Numbered from the stretch's first letter, positions 8,709-19,460 are shown. The stretch is DNA of 51,139 nt from Candidatus Nanoarchaeia archaeon (GCA_035290625.1 DATDTY010000067.1:1-51139), one strand, 5' to 3'. Notes: generated by a model from the letters alone, not told the origin. Program-made: numbers and translations.

Positions 8709-9995
8709 CTAGAGCTGCTTCTTGACTACTGCAGTACACATTCCAGCTGCAACTGTTGTGCCGGAATCCCGGATAGCAAACCTTGACAGCTGAGGGATCT
8801 CTTTTTGTACCTCAATAACCAGAGGCTGAATCGGCTTACACTTAATGATAGCAGCATCTCCTGTCTTGATGAAATCGGGCTTCTCCTTGAGGATTTCGCC
8901 TGTTGCAGGGTTAATCTGCTTGACGATTTCGGTGATTTGGACTGCCACTTGTGCGGTATGGATGTGGAATACAGGAGAATAGCCAACAGTGACGACTGTC
9001 GGATGGTTCAGGATTACAACCTGGGCAGTAAATTCTGTGGCAACAGTCGGAACATTGTCAGTATGGCCAAGGACGTCTCCTCGTGCAATATCCTTCTTCC
9101 CAATGCCCCGCACGTTGAAGCCGATATTGTCTCCAGGCTCAGCCATCTGGAGCTGCTCATGGTGCATCTCAATGCTCTTGACTTCTCCAGTGATCCCCTT
9201 CCCTTCTCTTGCGGGAACAACGATGACCTTGTCTCCGACCTTCATGATCCCTGTCTCAACCCTTCCTACAGGAACAACGCCAATGCCGGTGATATTGTAC
9301 ACATCCTGGATCGGAAGCCTGAGCGGCAATTGGGTCGGTTTTTCAGGCAGCTTGAACTGATCCATGACCTTGATAAGAGGTTCGCCGGTATACCATCCCA
9401 TCTTGGCTGATTTCTTCACAACATTCTCTCCTAACAGAGAGGCTGTCGGCACAAAAGGGACATTTGCAGGATTGTAGCCAACGGTCTTGAGCAGCTTGGA
9501 CACATCTTCCTTGACTGCCTCGAATGCCTTCTGGTCGAAGTTCTTGGCATCCATCTTGTTGACAACTACGATAAGCTGCTGGACTCCAAGTGTTCTGGAA
9601 AGCCAGACATGCTCTTTTGTCTGGGCCATAACCCCATCAGTGGCAGCAACAACAATCACTGCTGCATCTGCCTGGGATGCTCCTGTAATCATGTTCTTGA
9701 TAAAATCCTTGTGGCCGGGCGCGTCAATGATGGTGAAATCAAATTTTTCTGATTTGAATCGCTTGTGAGAAAGATCAATCGTAACTCCCCTCTCACGCTC
9801 TTCCTTGAGATTGTCCATGACAAAGGCAAATTCAAAGCCTCCCTTTCCAAGCTCTTCTGCCTTCTCCTTGAGCTTTCTCATCTCCTGTTCAGGAATATTT
9901 CCGGAATCATAAAGCAGCCTTCCTACTGTTGTAGACTTTCCATGGTCTACATGACCAATAAATACCAGGTTAATATGCGGTTTTTCTTTTGCCAT
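8709..9995 (-). CDS. tuf: Elongation factor 1-alpha
   Basis: [22 protein letters not shown] and NKMD motifs. Confidence 0.98.
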   Translation of the reverse strand: MAKEKPHINLVFIGHVDHGKSTTVGRLLYDSGNIPEQEMRKLKEKAEELGKGGFEFAFVMDNLKEERERGVTIDLSHKRFKSEKFDFTIIDAPGHKDFIKNMITGASQADAAVIVVAATDGVMAQTKEHVWLSRTLGVQQLIVVVNKMDAKNFDQKAFEAVKEDVSKLLKTVGYNPANVPFVPTASLLGENVVKKSAKMGWYTGEPLIKVMDQFKLPEKPTQLPLRLPIQDVYNITGIGVVPVGRVETGIMKVGDKVIVVPAREGKGITGEVKSIEMHHEQLQMAEPGDNIGFNVRGIGKKDIARGDVLGHTDNVPTVATEFTAQVVILNHPTVVTVGYSPVFHIHTAQVAVQITEIVKQINPATGEILKEKPDFIKTGDAAIIKCKPIQPLVIEVQKEIPQLSRFAIRDSGTTVAAGMCTAVVKKQL

Positions 9996-10211
9996 CGTAC
10001 GCCTCCGAGTGGTAGATTCTGGAGTTCCTAGCCACTTTATAAAGGTTTCCCTTTCAAATATATCTGTTCAGATGGGTTAATCGTGCGGTTTTTGGTTATT
10101 TCGCAACCAGAAAAATGAGCAGCACTTAGATTACTGCAAAGCAGACAAGAATGCAGGAGAATCGTGGGCTAATACCTTGCATGAAAGTATTTAAACTAGA
10201 AGTGGTTTTTA

Positions 10212-10426
10212 ATGTTTGAGATGGTGGGAGAGGCTCAAAAAGGGCTAGTAGTTTTTCAGGACAGGAAAATTCGTAGACTTCGGGTTGATAATGAGTGGTT
10301 TTATTCTGTAGTAGATATTGTTGCTGTATTAAGTGAAAGCGATAATCCTACCACCTACTGGAGGGTGCTTAAACACAGGGAACCTCAACTCGTTACAATT
10401 TGTAACGGTTTGAAATTACCCGCCAA
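10212..10426 (+). pseudogene. Truncated Bro-N domain gene
   Basis: N-terminus homologous to 34998-35831 (LVVFQDxxIRR...WxxSVVD); homology stops at the 3' end of fusA. Confidence 0.75.
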
Positions 10427-12610
10427 TCACGCCCCAACCATCGCCTCAGTGAGCCCTTTGCGCTCCTTGATCTGCGATACGACCTTCTGCTGCAGCTCAT
10501 GAGGAATCCTCTCAAACATCTGGTCGATTAAGGAGGAGTTGCCCCTGCCTCCTGTTGCAGATCTTAAATCCGAGCTCCAGCCGAACATCTCAGCCACAGG
10601 GAGCTTCGCCTTTACAATGACCAGCCCCCTCTCCGGCGCCATATCAAGAAGCTGGCCTCTCTTGTTGCCGATAATCTTGGAAATCTCTCCCATAAACTCC
10701 TCAGGCGCTTCAATGTGAAGGATCTGCATCGGCTCCAGCATCTGAGGGCCTGCAAGCATAAATGACCCCCTGATTCCGTCCCTGATTGCAGGATACATCT
10801 GGGCAGGACCGCGGTGAATAGCATCCTCATGCAGCTTTGCATCCATAAGCGTCACTTTGACTTTCGCAGCAGGCTCCTTGCAGATAGGCCCCAGGTTCAT
10901 CACATCCTCAAACATATCCTGGACCATCTCTATGATCTCGCCGATATGGACTATACCTCTTGTTCCATCAATGAGGATATTCCCCTTGAACACATCCCTC
11001 ACTTTATCCGCAGTCTTCGCATCATATCCGGCCTCGATAAAGTGCTCCCTGAGCTTCAGGTCTCTCTTCTTGATCCTCATCTCAGGGATCGTGCCGTCCT
11101 TGATCTTCGCATACAGGCTATCCTCCAAAGGCTCAACAACAAAATAGAGCTTATTGTGCTTGTTCGGAGATTTTCCCTCAACCTCAGGGCCGCTCTTTGT
11201 GACAGTTTCCCTGTAAACCACAATCGGAGGAGAGGTCTTCACATCAACGCCCTTCTCGGTCTTTATCCTGTTTTCAATGACCTCAAGATGGAGCTCTCCC
11301 ATGCCGTGGATCAGATGCTCTCCTGTCTGCTCGTTGATCTCAACTTTGATGGTAGGGTCTTCCTTGCTCACCTGCTTAAGGACCTCCACAAGCTTCGGCA
11401 GGTCTGAGGGCTTTGCTGCCTCAATCGCCTTGGTGATCACGGGGTCGAAGATATGCTTGATGGCCTCGAAAGGCTCAGTCTCTCTTTCAGCGACAGTCTC
11501 CCCTGCATACGATCTCGCTCCCGATATCCCAATGATGTTGCCTGCTGGAACATGATCCACAATCTCCCGCTTTGCCCCGTTATAGATAAAAACCTGCTGG
11601 ACACGCGCGCCGCTCTTCATCATGTGGAGGTACACCTCCGTCCCCTTCTTCATCGTGCCAGAGAAGAGCCTTCCTGCAGCAATCTCTCCTGCCTGCGGAT
11701 CAATCACGATCTTGGTGATTACAAAGAACAGCGGCCCATGGGGGTCGCATTTGGTCAGCGAAACGCCTTCCGGGCTTTCTATGTCCCCATGCCATATCTT
11801 CGGGACACGGTACTCCTGGGCTATGAGGGGATTCGGAAGATGCCTCACCACCATATTCAGGACAACCTCATGGAGCGGAGCCTGCTCTGCAAGCTTTTTT
11901 TGCGCTTCCTGCTTCCCGGAGGACGTATATGCTTCAATGACATTCTTGAATGTGATCCCTTTCTTCTGCATATAGGGGATATTGAGCGCCCAGTTATGGA
12001 ACGCAGAGCCAAAAGAGACAGATCCGTCTGAAACGCTGACCTGCCATTTTTCCCCGATCTCCTTGGGAGCAATCTGCTTGATGAATCTGTTGACATCGGT
12101 GATGATCCTAACAAAGCGCTCCTGCATCTGCTCCGGCGCAAGCTTGAGCTCGTTGATAAGGCGATCCACCTTGTTGATAAACAGGACAGGCTTGACAAGC
12201 TCCCTCAATGCCTGCCTCACAACCGTTTCAGTCTGGGGCATGATGCCCTCAACAGCGTCAATAAGGATGATGGTTCCATCCACAGCGCGCATCGCCCGTG
12301 TAACATCCCCTCCAAAGTCCACGTGCCCGGGTGTATCAAGAAGGTTGACAAGATACTCCTCGCCCTCGACCTCATGGACCATGGAAACCGCTGCAGTGTC
12401 AATGGTGATGCCGCGTTCCTGCTCATCAGCATGAAAGTCCATCTTCAATGCCTTTCCTGCATCCTCCTTAGACATCATCCCGGCGCCTGCAAGAAGGTTG
12501 TCTGTAAATGTCGTCTTGCCATGATCGATATGCGCAGCTATCGCAATGTTGCGAATCTGGCCTGGGATCTTCATGATCCTCAATACCTTATCAACCATCT
12601 TTTCTGCCAT
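10427..12610 (-). CDS. fusA: Elongation factor 2
   Basis: AHIDHGKTT, DTPGHVDF and NKVD motifs; diphthamide loop HEDAIHRG intact. Confidence 0.98.
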   Translation of the reverse strand: MAEKMVDKVLRIMKIPGQIRNIAIAAHIDHGKTTFTDNLLAGAGMMSKEDAGKALKMDFHADEQERGITIDTAAVSMVHEVEGEEYLVNLLDTPGHVDFGGDVTRAMRAVDGTIILIDAVEGIMPQTETVVRQALRELVKPVLFINKVDRLINELKLAPEQMQERFVRIITDVNRFIKQIAPKEIGEKWQVSVSDGSVSFGSAFHNWALNIPYMQKKGITFKNVIEAYTSSGKQEAQKKLAEQAPLHEVVLNMVVRHLPNPLIAQEYRVPKIWHGDIESPEGVSLTKCDPHGPLFFVITKIVIDPQAGEIAAGRLFSGTMKKGTEVYLHMMKSGARVQQVFIYNGAKREIVDHVPAGNIIGISGARSYAGETVAERETEPFEAIKHIFDPVITKAIEAAKPSDLPKLVEVLKQVSKEDPTIKVEINEQTGEHLIHGMGELHLEVIENRIKTEKGVDVKTSPPIVVYRETVTKSGPEVEGKSPNKHNKLYFVVEPLEDSLYAKIKDGTIPEMRIKKRDLKLREHFIEAGYDAKTADKVRDVFKGNILIDGTRGIVHIGEIIEMVQDMFEDVMNLGPICKEPAAKVKVTLMDAKLHEDAIHRGPAQMYPAIRDGIRGSFMLAGPQMLEPMQILHIEAPEEFMGEISKIIGNKRGQLLDMAPERGLVIVKAKLPVAEMFGWSSDLRSATGGRGNSSLIDQMFERIPHELQQKVVSQIKERKGLTEAMVGA

Positions 12611-12613
12611 TGT

Positions 12614-13093
12614 CTAGAACACGTGTTTTTCATTCACTGTAGAATACGTATGGATCTCCCCTGGCGTAAACCAGAGCTTGATCTCCTGATCAGCATCTTT
12701 CTTGCTTTCAGATGCATGGACAAGGTTTTTTATTGCTTTCCTCTTCCTATCCGCATACTCTTGCGTGAGATGCGAATAATCCCCCCGTATCGTTCCAGGC
12801 GCAGCTGACTGGGGCGCAGTCGGCCCTATCATCTTCCTCACGCCAGCGATTGCGTGAACACCTTCTACTGCCATTGCAACGACAGGCCCTGAAGTGATGA
12901 AATCGACCAGGCCGGAATAAAAGGGCTTCTTGACATGGGCTGCGTAATGCTTTGCAGCAAACTCCTTGTCCAGCCAGACCATCTTCATTGCTATGATCTT
13001 GAGGCCAGACCTCTCAAGCCGTGAGAGAATCTCTCCGATAAGGCCTCGCTCCACTCCATCAGGCTTGATTGCCACAAATGTTCGCTCTACCAT
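12614..13093 (-). CDS. ndk: Nucleoside diphosphate kinase
   Basis: ERTFVAIKPDGV, PGTIRGD and NLVHAS motifs. Confidence 0.96.
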   Translation of the reverse strand: MVERTFVAIKPDGVERGLIGEILSRLERSGLKIIAMKMVWLDKEFAAKHYAAHVKKPFYSGLVDFITSGPVVAMAVEGVHAIAGVRKMIGPTAPQSAAPGTIRGDYSHLTQEYADRKRKAIKNLVHASESKKDADQEIKLWFTPGEIHTYSTVNEKHVF

Positions 13094-13114
13094 GGTTCTC
13101 CCTCTTTCTTGTTT

Positions 13115-13279
13115 GTTATTGGAAATTCGGGGTTTAAGACTCGGGCTTTAGCCCGAATTTTCAATCCACAAAAATCCAGGATTTTTGGGACGGAAAATTG
13201 CTTTTCAATTTTCCTGTCCCGAAAACCGCACGATCAAAAACCCCGACCTTTAGGTCGGAGATTAGTGCGGTTTTCGTTA
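13115..13279. mobile_element. Hairpin repeat family D, copy 2 (longer, extra internal hairpins)
   Basis: Ends near-identical to 498-610; bounded by GTTA, and the right GTTA overlaps the stop codon of the MBL-fold gene. Confidence 0.75.
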
Positions 13280-13909
13280 CTGGAACTCCCGTACAGCTCC
13301 GCTCTCCATTGGAATAAAATCGATGCCTGCCAGGCAGCTTTTTGGAAGCATATGGCTAGCACCAGGGAATTTCAGCATGCCGTCATGGACTGGGAAGCAC
13401 GCCTTTGGATGCACTTCTTTGGCATAGTCGATCGCCTCTGAAATCCTCATCCAGGGCCCTGCTACAGGCAACGCAAGGATCTCAACTTTTTTCTTAGGGA
13501 CGTAAAATGCATCTCCGGGATAAAAGAGCCTTCCTCCTATCATATAGCCAGTGTTCAAAACATCTGGAACCGTAGTATATATAGGTGCATGCCTTTCTCC
13601 GAAAGCCTCTATCGAAACACCATTTAGAGTTATACTCTGGCCGTGCTCAAGCAGTGAATAGGCAATCCCTGCCTCCTTAAGATGTTTTCCAACTCCTTTG
13701 TTCGTATACACCTCTGCCGAAGGATTTGTCTTCAAGACCTTTTTCAGCGATTCTATATGCATATGGTCAGGATGCTCATGTGTAATCAGGACTGCGTCAA
13801 CATCCGCTTCTGAATTCTGCCTGTCAGTATAGCTTCCCGGATCTGTAAGAACCTTGCGGCTGGCCTCTTCCACAACAAGGCAGCAGTGGCCGATTTTTTT
13901 GATTCTCAT
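13277..13909 (-). CDS. MBL-fold metallohydrolase (UPF0173/UlaG-like)
   Basis: GHCC, TDPG, THEHPDH, YPGD and PVHD motifs. Confidence 0.88.
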   Translation of the reverse strand: MRIKKIGHCCLVVEEASRKVLTDPGSYTDRQNSEADVDAVLITHEHPDHMHIESLKKVLKTNPSAEVYTNKGVGKHLKEAGIAYSLLEHGQSITLNGVSIEAFGERHAPIYTTVPDVLNTGYMIGGRLFYPGDAFYVPKKKVEILALPVAGPWMRISEAIDYAKEVHPKACFPVHDGMLKFPGASHMLPKSCLAGIDFIPMESGAVREFQ

Positions 13910-14082
13910 TTCCCCTTTTTGTAGGCTTTAGTCCACTTCAGTTTTATCGGATTCCTTTTGAGCTTTAAGCGATTCTTCTCGCACTTCATGGAGCAGAAGT
14001 AGAGGACAGTTCCATCCAGCTCAACATACATCTTTCCTGTCCCTTCCCGGAGGTCCTCCTTGCAGAAGCTGCATGTTGCCAT
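13906..14082 (-). CDS. rpl24e: 50S ribosomal protein L24e (not in the ORF track, 58 aa)
   Basis: Translates [58 protein letters not shown]. Confidence 0.95.
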   Translation of the reverse strand: MATCSFCKEDLREGTGKMYVELDGTVLYFCSMKCEKNRLKLKRNPIKLKWTKAYKKGK

Positions 14083-14483
14083 TATGAGACGTTCCCCCTC
14101 CCGCCCTTGCTAAGCTGCCGGGCCTCAAATTCTGTCTCTCTGAGCATCAGGATATCCCCCAGCTGAATCGGCCCTTTGACGTTCCTCCTTATAATCTTAT
14201 GCTCATCCCGGCCTTCAAGAATCTTGCACCTCACCTGGACCACTTCTCCCCGCATCCCTGTCCTTCCGATAATCTCCTCTACCCTTGCTGGCCAGGACCT
14301 GCTGAACGACGGGCGAGCCTCTTCCGGCTTTTTCTCAGTCTGCTTCCCTTGCGGAGCAGCTCTATCCGGCTGTCTTTTCTCTGGAGCCTGCCTTTCTGCT
14401 TTTTCTGGAGCCTTTTTATCCTTCTTCTCAGCTTCCGCCTGTTTTTTCTCCCCAGTATCTTTGCCCCGTTTTAGATTGTCCAT
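14082..14483 (-). CDS. rps28e: 30S ribosomal protein S28e with a charged N-terminal extension
   Basis: [28 protein letters not shown]...RNVKGP...LRETEFEAR. Confidence 0.93.
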   Translation of the reverse strand: MDNLKRGKDTGEKKQAEAEKKDKKAPEKAERQAPEKRQPDRAAPQGKQTEKKPEEARPSFSRSWPARVEEIIGRTGMRGEVVQVRCKILEGRDEHKIIRRNVKGPIQLGDILMLRETEFEARQLSKGGRGNVS

Positions 14484-14487
14484 TGTT

Positions 14488-14823
14488 TCACTTCAGGCTA
14501 TCGCTAATCTCCTTGATGGCCTTTTTTGCTTCTCCTTCTGCCACGATTGCGACTGCCACTGTCGGAACATCTAATCCAGCTGCTGCGCCCAGCTCTTCTC
14601 TGCTGGCCACGCTTACCACAGGGATCTCCTTCTCCTGGCAGAGCAGCGGGAGATGCATGGTCAGTTCAGGCGGATTTGCGTCCTTTGCAAAGACAACCAG
14701 CTTCGCCTCAGCCCGCTCGATAGCTTTGGTCACTTCATTGATCCCCTTCCGGATCTTTCCTGTCGCCCGTGCAACCTCAATCGCCTGCAAGGCATTTTCC
14801 ATGACTTCTTTTGATTCTGCCAT
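14488..14823 (-). CDS. rpl7ae: Ribosomal protein L7Ae
   Basis: [16 protein letters not shown]...[12 protein letters not shown]...ELGAAAG. Confidence 0.96.
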   Translation of the reverse strand: MAESKEVMENALQAIEVARATGKIRKGINEVTKAIERAEAKLVVFAKDANPPELTMHLPLLCQEKEIPVVSVASREELGAAAGLDVPTVAVAIVAEGEAKKAIKEISDSLK

Positions 14824-14849
14824 TATGACCTCCGAGGAAAGAATTCATT

Positions 14850-14878
14850 CCTCAAACAGCAGCGCTGTTATCATCAGT
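14850..14878 (-). promoter_or_regulatory. Putative K-turn in the rpl7ae 5'UTR
   Basis: Transcript reads CUGAUGA-U-AACAGC-GCU-GCUGUU-UGAG (tandem G.A, U.U, stem); the C-stem is weak. Confidence 0.5.
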
Positions 14879-15157
14879 TACGAGATGGAATAGGGGGGGT
14901 TTTATAAAGGTTACTGTGCGGATGTCAAGAACCTCCAGTCACCGCTCCTTTCAGTCGCTAGAGACGGGTGGCATGATGTAGCGTGGTTCTTGAGCACACT
15001 CATTCCACCAGTGAAATACACTGACGGAATTTCATTGTTTAAAGAATTGAACCGTCAGAAGGGGTTACAGGAATATCTAAATGTTTAGAATTCAGGTAGA
15101 CAGTTCTTGGAGGAGCGATTGCCGGAAGTTTGCCTGGGTTTTCTGCAATTGCCGGAA

Positions 15158-16201
15158 TTATTTTTTGGGCATTTCCATCGCAGCGTAATTACGTGGGAGA
15201 AACCGGGTTCCAACAACTCTTCCAGCCAGAATTGAATCTAATACGTCATATCTTCTCTGCGAACCTTTTCTTCTTTCTTGATAGGGGGCATCATGGTTGC
15301 AAAATTGGCCGTTAGCTATTACTACATAAACCCCACCCAGTGCTGCGTCTCTTGATGCATCAATTTTTGAAATTACGCCGCCCCTGCCTCTTGCTGAGCT
15401 TACAGGCAATGCCTGTTCTTCTAGCCCTGCGGATATCTTAACAACTCGTATCGGATTATATTCGCTGTTTCTAAAAGATTCTGCTGTATAGATCCCATCT
15501 GTATTTGATAAGAGAACCAGAAGCGGCTTATAGCCCGCTCTTTTTAGAAATTGGGCATGGAGACTAGCTAAACCATCATTGTCCCGAAATGCTCTTTTTC
15601 CCTTTAGTAAAATATCTATTTCTTCCAAACTTCTGGCGTCATCTTCATTTATGACAGGTATTTTGCCTTCCAAAAGCCATCTTTGATATTTTTGTAATAA
15701 TTTTTTTTGCGGGTCTCTGATGTCGTCATGTGTAACAAGGGATTCATTCACGAGTTGCGGATAAAAGTGGTGCCTCCATAGTTCATAGAGCAATGTTTGG
15801 CCCTCTATAGCATCTGTTCTTTTTTGTTCAGGCGTATCCTTTTCCATTTCAGGGATTCTTTCGCCCCTTCTTAGCCTGGCTTTCCTGCCCAAGCCAATAG
15901 CCCCAGATGATACAAGGAGGATATTCAAGCCCCTTTCTTCTTTTAACTGAGTTAGATCTTCTGAGATGCAGTTCATGTTGTACACGGTTCTTTGGTATCC
16001 AGCATGCGCTATTATGCTCGTGCCCACTTTAACTACAAGCGTGTCAATTCCAGAAACATCTGTGTACAGCCTGTACTTTTCAGGCTGCTCCAACTGGAGA
16101 GAGCCATCAAAAACCAGGAATGAAGCTGGGGGGCTGTCTCTAAAATATCCTCCTAGATCCTCTTGGAATTTTACTCTATCTACCTTTGGCTCTCCTGACA
16201 T
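15158..16201 (-). CDS. proB: Glutamate 5-kinase-like amino-acid kinase (no PUA domain evident)
   Basis: VVKVGTS, VSSGAIGLG, PVINEDD, DNDGLA and GRGGVISK motifs. Confidence 0.8.
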   Translation of the reverse strand: MSGEPKVDRVKFQEDLGGYFRDSPPASFLVFDGSLQLEQPEKYRLYTDVSGIDTLVVKVGTSIIAHAGYQRTVYNMNCISEDLTQLKEERGLNILLVSSGAIGLGRKARLRRGERIPEMEKDTPEQKRTDAIEGQTLLYELWRHHFYPQLVNESLVTHDDIRDPQKKLLQKYQRWLLEGKIPVINEDDARSLEEIDILLKGKRAFRDNDGLASLHAQFLKRAGYKPLLVLLSNTDGIYTAESFRNSEYNPIRVVKISAGLEEQALPVSSARGRGGVISKIDASRDAALGGVYVVIANGQFCNHDAPYQERRKGSQRRYDVLDSILAGRVVGTRFLPRNYAAMEMPKK

Positions 16202-16267
16202 AACCCTGCGTTATCCATCTGCTGCTTTTAAAGTTTTCTCTATTTACTACTATTAAGTCACTATCAA

Positions 16268-17233
16268 CTATGGAGAGGAAGAAAGACTATCCTTTACCAG
16301 CGTTAGCAATTCACTGACCCCAGAGACCGATTCATGATCTTTTTTGAATTCATCAATCGTCTTTTTATCAATGATATCCTCTTTTGAAAGGAATAGGATG
16401 ACTGGCTTTCCGATCTGTTCTAATGATTCGTACAATTTCAGCTGCTTCTCAAGCGGATACGGTTCAGTCAAGTCAATCACGCAAACAAGGAGGTCAGCCA
16501 CAAGCTTCATCGCAAGATACGCCTGCTTCTCTATGGAATTCATCTTGTCAAACCGGTTCAATGTTCCCGGAGTGTCCAGGAACTGGATCTTTCCCTTTGG
16601 GGTCTGGAGATACGCAACATTGATTGTTTTTGTGGTGAACGGATAGGAGCTGATCTCAGGCTTTGACCCGGTCAGGTTGAACATGAGCGTTGTCTTCCCC
16701 ACATTGGGAAATCCCACAATCGCTATGGTCTTGGTCTCTGTCTTTATGGTAGGAAATCCCTTCATGATCTTCCTTGTCTCTTCAAGCAGGCTAAGCTGTT
16801 TTCCTATCTGCTTGATGATGGAAGAGCATCTTCCATAGATCTCTGTCCGGCTGATCCTCAGATTCCTGCTGTCCCTGCTTTTCCGCATTTTGCTCAGGGA
16901 AGCCCGGGAAAGCCTTTGAACATTCTCATTTGCCCATTTCAGGCCTGCCAATGCCCTCCTCACTTCCGGGACATCGAGGGTCACTCTGCTAAGCTCTTTG
17001 TAGAAAGGAGGAAGCTGCTCAAAGGAGGGGAAATCCCTCAGTACGCGAAGAAGCTGCCTTGAGAGGAGCTTTGTCGCAGTCTCCACCCTGAGAATCTCGA
17101 GCCGCCTTGCCTTGATTGCCCTGTCCTTAAACTTCTTGGAGCGGAGCTGCTGGGTGTGCTGTGCAGCGGTATTGAATGCTGTGTCAAGAAAGGCCTGCGG
17201 CTTCTCAACAGGAGGGATTGATTGGAAGTTCAT
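16268..17233 (-). CDS. NOG1-family GTPase
   Basis: GFPNVGKTT, YPFTTK and DTPG motifs; N-terminal helical domain with LPPFYKEL. Confidence 0.9.
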   Translation of the reverse strand: MNFQSIPPVEKPQAFLDTAFNTAAQHTQQLRSKKFKDRAIKARRLEILRVETATKLLSRQLLRVLRDFPSFEQLPPFYKELSRVTLDVPEVRRALAGLKWANENVQRLSRASLSKMRKSRDSRNLRISRTEIYGRCSSIIKQIGKQLSLLEETRKIMKGFPTIKTETKTIAIVGFPNVGKTTLMFNLTGSKPEISSYPFTTKTINVAYLQTPKGKIQFLDTPGTLNRFDKMNSIEKQAYLAMKLVADLLVCVIDLTEPYPLEKQLKLYESLEQIGKPVILFLSKEDIIDKKTIDEFKKDHESVSGVSELLTLVKDSLSSSP

Positions 17234-17306
17234 ACCGCCCGAATCCTGCCGGAGTATAAAAAGGTAGGCTTAAAATCTGCAGCTTTCACAACAGGGCCGC
17301 AACCTT

Positions 17307-17912
17307 CTAAGGCCAAGATTCCAACATTCCTCCACTCCGCAGAAAAATTAATGCAGCAAAAATCCCGATACCCAATGCAATGCTCACGGCAAGCAAAACC
17401 GGCAGCACATATGCCGCCACAAACGACCTCATCTTTGTTACCTTATGCACCTCAGCAAAGAAGAGCAGTGCTATGTGGATCTGGTAAATCAGGACAGGAA
17501 TCCCTACAATCAGGCTTGCCAGGATCTGAAGCAAGCCTGTCCCGAAGATGGCGTAATAGACTCCCTGGAATGGCGCAAGAAGCATCGAAGGTGTCTTTGC
17601 ATAGACTGCTGCCTGGAATGTTTTTTCATACGCCCCCTTTCCCCTGACCAGGAGGAACATCAGGTGAATGATGCCAGTGCTTATGAAGATTCCGGCGATG
17701 GAAATCCCAAATCCAAAGAGGAGCCCAAAGAACAGAGGGAATGGTGAAGGTATCGCCTGCCGCATAATCACGCCTGCAGAAAACACCACTGCAATTGCGG
17801 CAAACAGCAGAAAGTAGAGGAACGCGTCCTGGATGCCTTTCTCTTTCCTCAGCTTCGGCAGAAACGCATTCGGCTTCGAAATGATCGCAATCGCTGTCTG
17901 GAACGGGTTCAT
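17307..17912 (-). CDS. Yip1-domain membrane protein
   Basis: About 5 TM segments; KPNAF and HLMFLLVRGKGAYEKTF patterns. Confidence 0.8.
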   Translation of the reverse strand: MNPFQTAIAIISKPNAFLPKLRKEKGIQDAFLYFLLFAAIAVVFSAGVIMRQAIPSPFPLFFGLLFGFGISIAGIFISTGIIHLMFLLVRGKGAYEKTFQAAVYAKTPSMLLAPFQGVYYAIFGTGLLQILASLIVGIPVLIYQIHIALLFFAEVHKVTKMRSFVAAYVLPVLLAVSIALGIGIFAALIFLRSGGMLESWP

Positions 17913-17959
17913 TACTATAGATATGAGAGATGCCCTTTAAATAGTTTTGCGGAGACTGA

Positions 17960-18104
17960 GGCTCAGTAGAAAGTCCGGCATCATTTCTTCGAGCTTCTTC
18001 AGCTTCATCAGCACTGCTGGCAGAGAGTTGCCCCATCCGGGGGTGTCAGCAAACAGTGAAGGAAGCACAAGCGAGCTCGATGCCGATTGACTTTCTACTG
18101 AGCG
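17960..18104. mobile_element. Structured repeat/MITE family B, copy 2
   Basis: Colinear with 151-295; lies between divergent promoters; flanking duplication degenerate at best. Confidence 0.85.
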
Positions 18105-18159
18105 TGGCCGAGAGAAAGCTATATATAGCAGAGGAGGTTTGATAGGGCAGGGGGAAATC

Positions 18160-18474
18160 ATGATTGTTGTCACGACCGAAGCGGTTGAAGGAAAGATCAT
18201 CAAGCAATGTTTGGGAATGGTCCGCGGCAGCACCATCAGGTCACGATGGCTTGGCAGGGATATCATGGCAGGCCTGAAGACACTGGTCGGCGGAGAGATC
18301 AAGAGCTATACTGATATGATGAACAAGGCAAGGGATGAGGCTCAGGCAAGAATGGAAGAAGAAGCAAAAAAGCTCGGGGCTGATGCAATCGTAGCTGTCC
18401 GCTTTTCAACTGCAAATGTCATGCAGGGAGCTGCTGAAATCCTGGCATACGGGACTGCGGTGAAGCTGAGGTAA
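18160..18474 (+). CDS. UPF0145/YbjQ-family protein
   Basis: MIVVTTE...GLKTLVGGEIKSYT...GADAIV...AYGTAV. Confidence 0.92.
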   Translation: MIVVTTEAVEGKIIKQCLGMVRGSTIRSRWLGRDIMAGLKTLVGGEIKSYTDMMNKARDEAQARMEEEAKKLGADAIVAVRFSTANVMQGAAEILAYGTAVKLR

Positions 18475-18475
18475 C

Positions 18476-19228
18476 ATGGCGCTTCTCTTTGGGATCAACA
18501 CACTGGTTTTCATAGGTATTGTAGCGGTCCTTTCTGGACTAAAAGTGGTGAAGCAGTATGAGAGGGGCGTCAAATTTACATTAGGGAAATTCACAGGCAT
18601 GATGGAGCCTGGATTAAGGATTGTTATTCCAATTATCCAGACCTGGGAGCGGATTGACATCAGGGTAAAGACCATTGATGTGCCAAGCCAGGAAGCTGTC
18701 TCAAAGGATAATGTGAGCCTGAAGGTGAATGCCGTGCTGTATTATAGGGTGGGGGACGCGAAGAAGGCAGTGATTGAGGTAGAGCAGTTCAACTATGCGG
18801 TTTCACAGCTTTCCCAGACGACAATGAGGAACATCATCGGGGAGTTTGAGCTGGACGAGATTCTTCAGAAGAGGGAAGAGATCTCAAAGAAGATCCAGAG
18901 CATTGTTGATAAGGACACAGATCCGTGGGGGATTGTTGTCACGAAGATCGAGCTCAAGGACATCGAGCTGCCAGATACGATGAAGAGGGCTATGGCCCGC
19001 CAGGCAGAATCCGAGAGGGACAGGAGGGCTCGTGTTATCCTTGCAGCAGGGGAGAAGCAGGCGTCAACTTTGCTTTTTGAAGCAGGGAAAGTCATCGGGA
19101 AAGAGCCCGCAGCCCTGCAATTGAGGCTCTTCCAGACGCTGTCTGACATCGCTGTTGAGAAGAACAGCACCATTATCGTCCCTTTCCCCAGCGAGCTGAT
19201 GGATCTCATAACCAAGAAGAGCAAATAG
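18476..19228 (+). CDS. SPFH/band 7 stomatin-like protein
   Basis: QYERGVKFTLG, DPWGIVV, AMARQAESER and ALQLRLFQTL motifs. Confidence 0.93.
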   Translation: MALLFGINTLVFIGIVAVLSGLKVVKQYERGVKFTLGKFTGMMEPGLRIVIPIIQTWERIDIRVKTIDVPSQEAVSKDNVSLKVNAVLYYRVGDAKKAVIEVEQFNYAVSQLSQTTMRNIIGEFELDEILQKREEISKKIQSIVDKDTDPWGIVVTKIELKDIELPDTMKRAMARQAESERDRRARVILAAGEKQASTLLFEAGKVIGKEPAALQLRLFQTLSDIAVEKNSTIIVPFPSELMDLITKKSK

Positions 19229-19391
19229 GATTCTCTTTTCAATAAGCGGTGAAAATCAGTGCTGCCGCCCCTTGTAATCAACATAACTTCATCGAGCATC
19301 ATACAACAACAGGAGCTTTGCCTTGCGAATTGGCAGGATTGAAGTTATACTCACTGACAAAAATGATTATACAAATACTCGTCAGTTCGTA

Positions 19392-19438
19392 ATAGCAAAT
19401 GACATATATAGTGTCTAAAAATTTGTGTCATTTGCTAT
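19392..19438. repeat. 13-21-13 inverted-repeat site
   Basis: ATAGCAAATGACA...TGTCATTTGCTAT; related to 35854-35898. Confidence 0.7.
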
Positions 19439-19460
19439 AGATTGCGGTGCTAATCGGTGG

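Noticed and set aside
8644..8739. N-terminal extension of S10 in the ORF track
   Set aside because: It overlaps the tuf end and an intergenic hairpin (TCATGGCAA/TTGCCATGA); uS10 homology starts at 8643.
10427..12610. Diphthamide-less EF-2 paralogue or intein
   Set aside because: The HEDAIHRG loop is canonical and the length is normal.
8805..12808. Long antisense ORFs over tuf and fusA (also over pyrD, infB and SPFH)
   Set aside because: These are shadow frames of conserved genes with no recognisable motifs.
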